Assembly (NCBI GenBank): GCA_002718035.1 | Contig: PBCX01000008.1 | Span: 27,824-91,823, forward strand | Direction of reading: 5' to 3' | From: Flavobacteriales bacterium | GTDB taxonomy: Bacteria; Bacteroidota; Bacteroidia; Flavobacteriales; TMED113 | DNA length: 64,000 nt | In this document: piece after piece, positions 21,124-31,157 of the stretch | Layout: every line of letters begins with the position of its first letter | Position numbering within the stretch: the first letter of the stretch is position 1 | Translations under genes and position numbers: made by a program | Notes under the pieces: model-generated | Database searches by the model: none | What the model saw: the letters and a program-made list of their open reading frames with translations, nothing else | What the model was told of the DNA's origin: nothing

Positions 21124-21272
21124 GAACAATTTTCTCCATCCTTATTTAGAAATGGGTTATTGCTTGCGCAAGTACCGGAGAAACTCCCATTTTTTTTTAC
21201 AAGTATTTTTATTGCTATACCAGCAATTCCTAGACCAAGAATTAATATAGAAATTAAAATTATTTCAATCAT
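21081..21272 (-). CDS. Small single-TM Cys-rich membrane protein (possible NqrM-like maturation factor)
   Basis: 63 aa. TM helix IEIILISILILGLGIAGIAIKIL, then KKNGSFSGTC-x13-C-x2-C-x7-C. Lies 3 nt downstream of murB on the same strand, and its 3' end overlaps the apbE 3' end by 43 nt. Confidence 0.55.
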   Translation of the reverse strand: MIEIILISILILGLGIAGIAIKILVKKNGSFSGTCASNNPFLNKDGENCSYCGAPPNEACKSK

Positions 21273-21275
21273 AGT

Positions 21276-22286
21276 TTAAATTATTTGTACTTCTTCCTCT
21301 AATTTAATATTAAATTTATTAAGAATATCTTTTTTTATTTTTTGAGCCAAACTTTTTATTTCTAATCCGCTTGCTCCTCCAAAATTTACTAAAACTAATG
21401 CCTGTTTTTCATACACACCACAACTATTTATTTTTTTTCCTTTCCAACCACATTGTTCAATTAGCCAACCAGCAGATAATTTAATTTTTTCATTTTTTTT
21501 AAAATATTTGATTTCCGGAAATTTTTCTTTCAAAACTAGAAACTCTTCTTTGTTAATAACAGGGTTTTTAAAAAAACTACCACAGTTTCCTAATTTATTT
21601 GGGTTAGGTAATTTTCTTTTCCTAATCTCAGAAATCACATCACTAATATTTTTAATTGTTAATGCTTTTTTTTTATTTTTAAATTCAAATTTTAAGTTTT
21701 CATAAGTTAAGATAGGGTTATCTTTTTTTTGTAGAGTAACTTCAATTTCACATATGAAAAATTTATTTTTAAGTTTATTTTTAAAAATAGAATCTCTGTA
21801 TCCAAATAAGCATTCTTTTTTCGAAAAAATTTTTTTTTCACCAGTTTTTAGATTAAAGGCTTTTAAATTTTTAAATACATCTTTTATTTCTACTCCGTAG
21901 GCTCCAATATTTTGAATAGGTGCTGCTCCAACTGTTCCTGGTATTAAAATAAGATTCTCAACTCCCCACAATTTTCTTTCTATGGTCCATTTCACAAAAT
22001 CATTCCAGATTACACCAGATCCAATATTTATGGTTGCTGTTAATTTATCTTCTTTTATTATTTTAATTCCTTCTATTTTGTTGTGTATAATAACACCTGA
22101 AATGTCTTTGGTAAATAATATGTTGCTTCCCCCACCTAAAATAAAGTGTTTTTTTTTATTTTTATTTAAGATTCTTATGGTATCAATAATATCTTGTTGG
22201 TTTTTTACAGAAATAAATTGTTCTGCAAAACAATTAACCATAAAAGTGTTATGATTTAGTAAGGATTTATTATTTTCCAATATCAT
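21276..22286 (-). CDS. murB: UDP-N-acetylenolpyruvoylglucosamine reductase
   Basis: 336 aa. FAD-binding GGGSNILF and a C-terminal AGWLIEQCGWKG segment. Confidence 0.93.
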   Translation of the reverse strand: MILENNKSLLNHNTFMVNCFAEQFISVKNQQDIIDTIRILNKNKKKHFILGGGSNILFTKDISGVIIHNKIEGIKIIKEDKLTATINIGSGVIWNDFVKWTIERKLWGVENLILIPGTVGAAPIQNIGAYGVEIKDVFKNLKAFNLKTGEKKIFSKKECLFGYRDSIFKNKLKNKFFICEIEVTLQKKDNPILTYENLKFEFKNKKKALTIKNISDVISEIRKRKLPNPNKLGNCGSFFKNPVINKEEFLVLKEKFPEIKYFKKNEKIKLSAGWLIEQCGWKGKKINSCGVYEKQALVLVNFGGASGLEIKSLAQKIKKDILNKFNIKLEEEVQII

Positions 22287-22335
22287 ATTACTAATATAAC
22301 AACGTTTAACGTTTTTTAATAAAAAAATTAAGATT

Positions 22336-23427
22336 TTGAAGAAAGTAATAGTTTCTGTAACTACTGATCTTATTTCTGATCACAGAGTTCATAAAATGTG
22401 CTTGTCACTTTATAATAATGGTTTTGATGTTACTTTAGTTGGTAGAAAGAAGAACTCGCAAAAATTAGCATTAAGACCTTATAAGGTTATTAGATTTAAT
22501 ATGTTTTTTAAAAAAGGATTTCTTTTTTACATGTTTTTTAATTTGAGATTATTTTTTTTATTGTTGGTCAAAAAAAGTCATATACTTATTTCAAATGATT
22601 TGGATACTATTTTGCCAAATTTTCTTATTTCGAAATTAAAAAAATTACACATTATATATGATTCACATGAATTATTTACTGAGGTACCTGAGCTAATTTC
22701 AAAAAAAAAAATTAAGTTATTTTGGTTGTATTTAGAATCAAATATTTTTCCAAAACTAAAAAATGTTATCACAGTTAGTGATGGATATGCTAAGTTTTAT
22801 AAGAAAAAATATGGTAACTCAATTACTGTTATAAAAAATGTGCCTTCTCTTGATCCTAGAACAATTAATAATTTTAGTTTACCTGGTTTTAAACTTGATG
22901 AAAAAAATATAATATATCAAGGAAGTTTAAATAAAGACCGCGGTATTGATTTGATGATAAAAGCAGTAAAGTTCATTGATGTTAAACTTTTCATCCTTGG
23001 TTCCGGTGATCTTGAATTAAGTTTACAAGAATATGTTATTAAAGAAAATTTAACTAACAAAGTTTTTTTTGTCGGTAGGGTACCATTTAATGATTTGAAA
23101 TATATTACTAAGTTTTTTGACTTAGGTCTTTCATTTGAAGAAAATAGTTGTTTAGCATATAGATATTCACTGCCAAATAAAGTCTTTGACTATATTCATG
23201 CTGGAATTCCGGTCTTGTCAAGTGATCTTCCAGAAATGTCAAATTTTATTATTTCTAATAAAGTTGGTCAGACTTTAAGTTCTAGAGAGCCAAAAAAAAT
23301 TGCTGAACAAATATTAGAAGTTATATCCAATAAAAACCAATACCAAAAAGATATTGAAAAAACAAAAAATAAGTATTGTTGGCAAAAAGAAGAGAAGAAA
23401 TTATTAAAGTTGTTTAATTACTTTTAG
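22336..23427 (+). CDS. Glycosyltransferase, GT4/group 1 family
   Basis: 363 aa, GT-B layout. C-terminal E-x7-E-like region (SFEENSCLAYRYSLPNKVFDYIHAGIPVL). TTG start is forced by the upstream in-frame TAA at 22297. Confidence 0.75.
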   Translation: MKKVIVSVTTDLISDHRVHKMCLSLYNNGFDVTLVGRKKNSQKLALRPYKVIRFNMFFKKGFLFYMFFNLRLFFLLLVKKSHILISNDLDTILPNFLISKLKKLHIIYDSHELFTEVPELISKKKIKLFWLYLESNIFPKLKNVITVSDGYAKFYKKKYGNSITVIKNVPSLDPRTINNFSLPGFKLDEKNIIYQGSLNKDRGIDLMIKAVKFIDVKLFILGSGDLELSLQEYVIKENLTNKVFFVGRVPFNDLKYITKFFDLGLSFEENSCLAYRYSLPNKVFDYIHAGIPVLSSDLPEMSNFIISNKVGQTLSSREPKKIAEQILEVISNKNQYQKDIEKTKNKYCWQKEEKKLLKLFNYF

Positions 23428-24271
23428 TTATTTTACAATAATATCCAATCTTATAAAATTGAAATAAAAGCATATTAGGGTTTTTAGATAATAGGTTTTT
23501 AATTAGGTTGCTTTTCATTGATTTAAAAATAAATACTATAAAATTTTTTAATAAAAACATTTTTATTATTCTATGAAATTTTATTAGAGAGATTTCACTT
23601 AAGTCATGAGTTTTACTAAGTTGATATAAATTATTCAAAGCCTCGTTTGTTTTTTTAATAAATATTTTTGAGTTCTCTAATCGGTTCATCAATGAATTTT
23701 CAATGTATTTAAATTTATAATTTTTCTGTTTAAGTTTTAACCAAAAAATAGTGTCTTCATGGCCATATTTTTTTATTTTTTCGTTGAATTTAAATTTACA
23801 AAATATTTTCTTTTGAATTAAAAAGTGATGAGATGAGAATGTTTTTTTCTTTCTTTTTGCTTCAATTTCTCTTCCATAAGTCCAATGAAGTATTTTATTT
23901 TTTTTAGGTTTTTCTTTTTGATAAGTTGTTTTTCCGTAAATTATAAATTGGTCAAATTTAGTGTTATTTAAATAGTTTTTGATGAAGTATTTATTTTCAA
24001 TTGTCGAATCACAATCTATAAATAGCAACCAATTATATTTGGCTTTCTTAGCAAGAAAATTTCTAATTTTTGATCGACCAAAGTTTTCCTTATTTATAAT
24101 ATACTTTACATTTTTAAATTTTTTTATTTTATTGTTTGTGAAAAATTTATTCGACCCATCTTCAACGCAAATAATTTCATAGTTTATTTTTTCAATCTCT
24201 GTTTGTGTATGTATACTTTGTACAAGTTTATTAATACTAAAATTATAACAAGGAACTAGAATTGATAACAT
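23414..24271 (-). CDS. Glycosyltransferase family 2
   Basis: 285 aa. N-terminal LSILVPCYN...VEDGS...FIDCDS (GT-A, DxD-type). Confidence 0.75.
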   Translation of the reverse strand: MLSILVPCYNFSINKLVQSIHTQTEIEKINYEIICVEDGSNKFFTNNKIKKFKNVKYIINKENFGRSKIRNFLAKKAKYNWLLFIDCDSTIENKYFIKNYLNNTKFDQFIIYGKTTYQKEKPKKNKILHWTYGREIEAKRKKKTFSSHHFLIQKKIFCKFKFNEKIKKYGHEDTIFWLKLKQKNYKFKYIENSLMNRLENSKIFIKKTNEALNNLYQLSKTHDLSEISLIKFHRIIKMFLLKNFIVFIFKSMKSNLIKNLLSKNPNMLLFQFYKIGYYCKITKSN

Positions 24272-24276
24272 GTTTT

Positions 24277-24969
24277 TTATTTATTATTTGGTAAAGAGAG
24301 TTCTGTAATTGTTTTATTATTACAGTGTAGTATTTTTGATGGAAATTGGTTGATTAAATATTTGTCATGACATATCATTACTACAGCTCTTTTTTTTAAG
24401 CATAATCTATTGAGTAAAATCATTATTTCATTAGAAGTTTCTGGGTCTAGATTTCTTGTTGGTTCATCAGCTAATATTAGAGATGGGTCATTTATCAATG
24501 CTCTCGCAATTGATACTCTTTGTTGTTCTCCCCCTGATAATTCATAAGGCATTTTTTCAGATTGATCAAGCATGTTGACGTAAGAGAGAACTTCTTCTAA
24601 TCTTCGATTGATTTTTTGTTTATCTTTCCATCCTGTAGCTTTCATTACATAAACTAAATTATCTCTAACGTTTTTATCATTTATTAGTTGAAGTCTTTGA
24701 AAAACAATACCGAGTTTTCTTCTTAATTTCGGGATATTTTTATCTTTAATTTTTTTTAAATCAAAGCCTACAACTTCACCAAATCCTTTTTCAAGAGTAA
24801 CGTCAGCATATAAAGTCTCAAGTAAACTACTTTTTCCGCTGCCTGTTTTACCAGTTAAATAAATAAAATCTCCTCTTTTAACAATAAGATTTATGCCCTG
24901 TAAAATGACTCTATTTGACTGGTATATGTATACATCATTGAGTTTAATTAAAATGTCATTATTTTTCAA
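24277..24969 (-). CDS. ftsE: FtsE-like ABC transporter ATP-binding protein
   Basis: 230 aa. Walker A GKTGSGKSS, signature LSGGEQQRVSIARAL, Walker B ILADEPT. Confidence 0.75.
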   Translation of the reverse strand: MKNNDILIKLNDVYIYQSNRVILQGINLIVKRGDFIYLTGKTGSGKSSLLETLYADVTLEKGFGEVVGFDLKKIKDKNIPKLRRKLGIVFQRLQLINDKNVRDNLVYVMKATGWKDKQKINRRLEEVLSYVNMLDQSEKMPYELSGGEQQRVSIARALINDPSLILADEPTRNLDPETSNEIMILLNRLCLKKRAVVMICHDKYLINQFPSKILHCNNKTITELSLPNNK

Positions 24970-25054
24970 TGTTAATTTTTGTTAATTATTTGTTTAATAT
25001 ATAAAAAAAATAGGTTATTTAAATACATAATATTTTGTATATTAATCTTAATAA

Positions 25055-27019
<1,965 letters not shown>

Positions 27020-27021
27020 AA

Positions 27022-30000
27022 TTATTTAATTAAAACTATCTCACCTTTTTCCTGCTTATCTATTCCTCTTCTGGTTTTGTATGTCATTTTATAAGTATAC
27101 ACTCCTTGGGACAATTTATCTCCTTTAAATGTCCCATCCCATGATACGTTATAATCATCGGATTTAAAAACTATATCTCCCCATCTGTTAAAAATCATTA
27201 TTTCATAGGTGTAATAATCTATGTCAGTCAATACTGGATTAAAAGTGTCATTAACACCATCTCCATTGGGACTAAATGCATTGGGTGAGTAAGAATAGTA
27301 TTCCTCTTGTACATTGATTATTCTCATTGTACTATGCTCACAATCATTTTCGTCAGTTACTGTTAGCCAAACGTAGTAAAGTCCAGGTTCATTATACAGA
27401 TAAGATGGATTTTGTTCATTTGATATTCCTCCATCTCCAAAATCCCATTCCCATGAAACAATTTGTACATTGTAATTTAAATCAGTTGATGAATTATCAT
27501 AAAACTCTGTTGGTTCGTTAGATAACATAAACTCATAAGATGAGGCGGAAAAATCAGAGTTCGGCCCTTCAATACTTTCGATAATAATATCTTGGCTTGA
27601 AGAACAATTATTTGCATCATTTATAGTGAGTTCGTAATTACCTGATTCTAAATCAAAAATTTCACTACTATTGCTATTAAAAGAATTAGGTCCTAACCAA
27701 GAAAAAATTAAAGGCTCAACTCCACCATAGATTTGAGTAGTTATTTCCCCTCCAATGCCACAAATTTCTGGATATTCATCAGTTGATATTTGAATAATTT
27801 GAGGTTCTGATAATGTAAATTGAATAGAAGCATCACAACCGTAAAAATCTATTAAAAACATGGTATAATTCCCAGCAATCAGATTAGCAATGTCTTCAGA
27901 ACTACTACTAAAATTATTTGGACCTTCCCAATTTATAATGTAAGGGGGTGTTCCGCCATTTACATTTAAGTTAATGAAACCATCTTGTCCTTCTCTACAA
28001 GAAACTTCATATCCATTATAGTCAGAGAGAACAAAGTCTAATGAAATTCCGGTTGCTTCAGTAATTGGTATAATTTGTGAAGAGCTGCAATCATTTTCGT
28101 CTGTAACTGTAACAGTGTATGTACCTGCAGCTAGATTTGTTGGATTTTGTTCATTTGATAAATAACCATTATCTCCAAACCAAGAATATATATAATTTCC
28201 GCTTCCACCGTTCACATTAATATTAATACTCCCATTTGTTGCTTGTGCGCAAGTGACATTATTTGTTGAAGATTCAATAATCAATTCTTCAGGTTCATTA
28301 ATACTAAAGAAAACTTCGTCACCCTCTGTTATGCAACCATTTTGATCTATTCCAGTGTACCAGTATTCCCCAGCATCTAAATTATTAAAAGTTACTGTGG
28401 AGCCTGAATTTATTTCACTTTGAGTTTCAAGTGTTATTCCAGTCGAAAGATCTCCAATAAATAGAGTATATGGGCTTGTTCCACCATTTAATGTGATATT
28501 GATTGAGCCATCGGAACCTCCAAAACAGTTTGTGTCGAATATTTCAAAATTATCTTCAATAATATCTGGTTCAATTATTGAAACTTGTTGAGAGTCAGAA
28601 CAACCAAATTCATTTTCTACATAAACTAAATATTCACCACTTTCTAAATTTTCAATAATTAAATTATCTCCTTCAATTTGACCAGATTGAACGACAATAT
28701 TATTATCCTCAAGGTCTGATAATATATACTGCCAATTTTCTTCTGATGGAAGTTCTACATCAATTGAACCGTCAGAACCCAAAAAACAAGAGGGATTAAT
28801 GGATAGGGTAACAATTTCTATAGGATCAGGTTGACCAACAGGAATTATTTGTGTATCTGAACAACCAAATTCATTCTCAGCATATATTAGGTATTCCCCA
28901 CTTTCAATATTTATAAATTCAATATTATCACTATTTTCAACAAATCCTGATTCAATGATTATATTATTTTCTTGATTTGTAATTTCATATTGCCAATTTC
29001 CAATAGACGGAAATTCTACATTAATTGAGCCATTTGTTCCCAAGTAACAACTTGGTTCTGTAGGATTAGTAAATATAACAGTAGGTATAAAATTAATTAT
29101 TACTTCATCCCCTTCAATTCCACCTTCAAAACCACACCAATCTCCTGCAGCTCCACACAACGATGCTCCAGCAGTATATGTTACAGACTGGCCTTCAGAA
29201 GGGGCAGGTGGTATAACTTCTATTTGACTACCAGTGCCGATTATATTTCCTTCACTATCTTGCCAAATTATATCATTTCCAGCAACAGCAGGCGCAAAAT
29301 TTATATTATCAATTATATAATTGTTTGGATCACCACTGTCAGGAGAAAATCTCCACGCATCATCTTCGCAAGTCCATTGATTTGGATAATTTCTAACAAT
29401 ACCGTCAAGTCCAGTTACAATATGAGCTATAGTTCCAGTTGAATTTTGTATTCCATGTATTGCGGCCCCATCATTCCATGTCTCACAAAGAACTTTCTGA
29501 GCAATATGAGTTTCAATAATATTAGAAGTTTCAAATAATTTTATTTGACTTGTGTAACAAATATCGGTACAAGAAAACATTGGTATACCACAAAATGAAG
29601 CTATAAAAACTCTATTGGGAGCTTCTCCTGATGTAGTAAATTGTATCGTTCCATTTCCATTAACACCAGGATAAATATCTTGCCATGGACATAAAATAGA
29701 GTTAAGAGGACAGTCAAAATTATTTGGTGCAGCAGCATCTATTGTCCAGTCAGAGTATTGATTTGCATTTGCGAGATCAAATGTTAAATGGTTATTGGAT
29801 GAGAGAACAACTTGATTATATGTATTTCCGTAAAACACAAAATTAAAACCAATGTCAATTACCCCACCATAGGTGTCATCAGAGTATATTCCAGAGTCAT
29901 TTAAATCAACGTTGAATGCCTCTGCTTCAAGAATTAATGTAATTTCTCCAGCTTGATCTTCACATAAAGTTGTGTCTCCATATGCTATAACTTGACTGAA

Positions 30001-30045
30001 ACAGAAATTAATAGCACTAAAAATTAAAATTAAAAAAAATCTCAT
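27022..30045 (-). CDS. Large secreted cell-surface protein: unknown N-terminal domain, about six SprB-type repeats, PKD domain, T9SS type B C-terminal sorting domain
   Basis: 1007 aa with a signal peptide. Repeats of the form C(F/Y)(G/L)GxDGSI(N/D)(I/V)..NGG..PY. PKD segment WEWDFGDGG...YYVWLTVTDENDC. CTD segment NAFSPNGDGVNDTFNP...FNRWGDIVF...WDGT...GVYTYKM. Confidence 0.85.
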   Translation of the reverse strand: MRFFLILIFSAINFCFSQVIAYGDTTLCEDQAGEITLILEAEAFNVDLNDSGIYSDDTYGGVIDIGFNFVFYGNTYNQVVLSSNNHLTFDLANANQYSDWTIDAAAPNNFDCPLNSILCPWQDIYPGVNGNGTIQFTTSGEAPNRVFIASFCGIPMFSCTDICYTSQIKLFETSNIIETHIAQKVLCETWNDGAAIHGIQNSTGTIAHIVTGLDGIVRNYPNQWTCEDDAWRFSPDSGDPNNYIIDNINFAPAVAGNDIIWQDSEGNIIGTGSQIEVIPPAPSEGQSVTYTAGASLCGAAGDWCGFEGGIEGDEVIINFIPTVIFTNPTEPSCYLGTNGSINVEFPSIGNWQYEITNQENNIIIESGFVENSDNIEFINIESGEYLIYAENEFGCSDTQIIPVGQPDPIEIVTLSINPSCFLGSDGSIDVELPSEENWQYILSDLEDNNIVVQSGQIEGDNLIIENLESGEYLVYVENEFGCSDSQQVSIIEPDIIEDNFEIFDTNCFGGSDGSINITLNGGTSPYTLFIGDLSTGITLETQSEINSGSTVTFNNLDAGEYWYTGIDQNGCITEGDEVFFSINEPEELIIESSTNNVTCAQATNGSININVNGGSGNYIYSWFGDNGYLSNEQNPTNLAAGTYTVTVTDENDCSSSQIIPITEATGISLDFVLSDYNGYEVSCREGQDGFINLNVNGGTPPYIINWEGPNNFSSSSEDIANLIAGNYTMFLIDFYGCDASIQFTLSEPQIIQISTDEYPEICGIGGEITTQIYGGVEPLIFSWLGPNSFNSNSSEIFDLESGNYELTINDANNCSSSQDIIIESIEGPNSDFSASSYEFMLSNEPTEFYDNSSTDLNYNVQIVSWEWDFGDGGISNEQNPSYLYNEPGLYYVWLTVTDENDCEHSTMRIINVQEEYYSYSPNAFSPNGDGVNDTFNPVLTDIDYYTYEIMIFNRWGDIVFKSDDYNVSWDGTFKGDKLSQGVYTYKMTYKTRRGIDKQEKGEIVLIK
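28561..29064 (-). repeat. Tandem duplication of an approximately 85-aa module inside the 1007-aa surface protein (coordinates approximate)
   Basis: PSCYLGTNGSINVEFPSIGNWQYEI...ESGEYLIYAENEFGCSDTQ is followed directly by PSCFLGSDGSIDVELPSEENWQYIL...ESGEYLVYVENEFGCSDSQ. Confidence 0.7.
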
Positions 30046-30212
30046 ATGTTTTTTGATGGGGTGGGATTAAATAAAAACCTATTTATAAATTTAAAAAAAA
30101 TGTTCCAATTGATGTAATATTAGCTGTATTTTTTGCTTTTTTATAAATAATTTTCAAAATTAATATTCTGAAAATATAATTATTTCCTAAATTCGACAAA
30201 AAAAATATTTAT

Positions 30213-31151
30213 ATGAAAATAACAGTAGTTGGTGCTGGTGCAGTTGGAGCGAGTTGTGCTGAGTATATAGCCATAAAAAATTTTGCTTCAGAAGTTGTAT
30301 TAGTTGACATTAAGGAAAATTATGCAGAGGGTAAGGCGATGGATCTAATGCAAACAGCTTCTTTGAATTCTTTTGACACAAAAATCACGGGTTCTACAAA
30401 TGATTATTCATTAACAAAAAATAGTACTGTTGCTGTTATTACTAGTGGAATACCCAGAAAACCCGGAATGTCAAGAGAAGAGCTTATAGGGATTAATGCA
30501 GGTATTGTTAAGAATGTTTCTCAAAATTTGATTAAATTTTCTCCAAATGTGATAATTATTATTGTAAGCAATCCGATGGATACAATGAGTTACTTGGCTC
30601 ATAAAGTAACTAATTTACCTAAAAATAGAATTATTGGAATGGGAGGGGCATTAGATAGTGCAAGATTTAAATACAGGTTAAGTGAATCATTGGATAGCCC
30701 TTCTTCTGATATTTCTGCTTTAGTCATAGGTGGGCATAGTGATAAAGGAATGGTCCCTTTAACCAGAATAGCTACAAGAAATAGTATTAATGTTTCTAAT
30801 TTTTTAACTAAAGAAAAATTAGAGGAGATAAAACAAGCTACAAAGGTTGGTGGTGCCACATTAACTTCAATGTTAGGAACATCTGCATGGTATGCTCCAG
30901 GTGCTGCTGTTTCATCTATTGTACAGTCTATATGTTGTGATCAAAAAAAAATGTTCCCATGTTCTGTTTTATTAGAGGGTGAATATAATTTAACCGATTT
31001 ATCAATAGGTGTTCCTGTAATTTTAGGTAAGAATGGTGTTGAAGAAATTATAGAATTAGAATTAGATGATTTAGAAAAGGCAAATTTAATTGAATCTTCT
31101 GAGGGTGTTAAGAAAACAAATAATATTCTAAATGAAATGAACTTATTTTAA
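30213..31151 (+). CDS. mdh: Malate dehydrogenase (LDH-like family)
   Basis: 312 aa. MKITVVGAGAVGAS Rossmann N-terminus, plus IIVSNPMD and GGHSD catalytic segments. Confidence 0.95.
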   Translation: MKITVVGAGAVGASCAEYIAIKNFASEVVLVDIKENYAEGKAMDLMQTASLNSFDTKITGSTNDYSLTKNSTVAVITSGIPRKPGMSREELIGINAGIVKNVSQNLIKFSPNVIIIIVSNPMDTMSYLAHKVTNLPKNRIIGMGGALDSARFKYRLSESLDSPSSDISALVIGGHSDKGMVPLTRIATRNSINVSNFLTKEKLEEIKQATKVGGATLTSMLGTSAWYAPGAAVSSIVQSICCDQKKMFPCSVLLEGEYNLTDLSIGVPVILGKNGVEEIIELELDDLEKANLIESSEGVKKTNNILNEMNLF

Positions 31152-31157
31152 TTCAAC

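Noticed and set aside
22298-22315. AACGTTTAACGTT, two adjacent AACGTT palindromes, in the murB/GT4 divergent spacer
   Set aside because: It is short, AT-rich and occurs once. I have no known regulator motif to tie it to. It is noted only as a possible operator, too weak to report as a feature.
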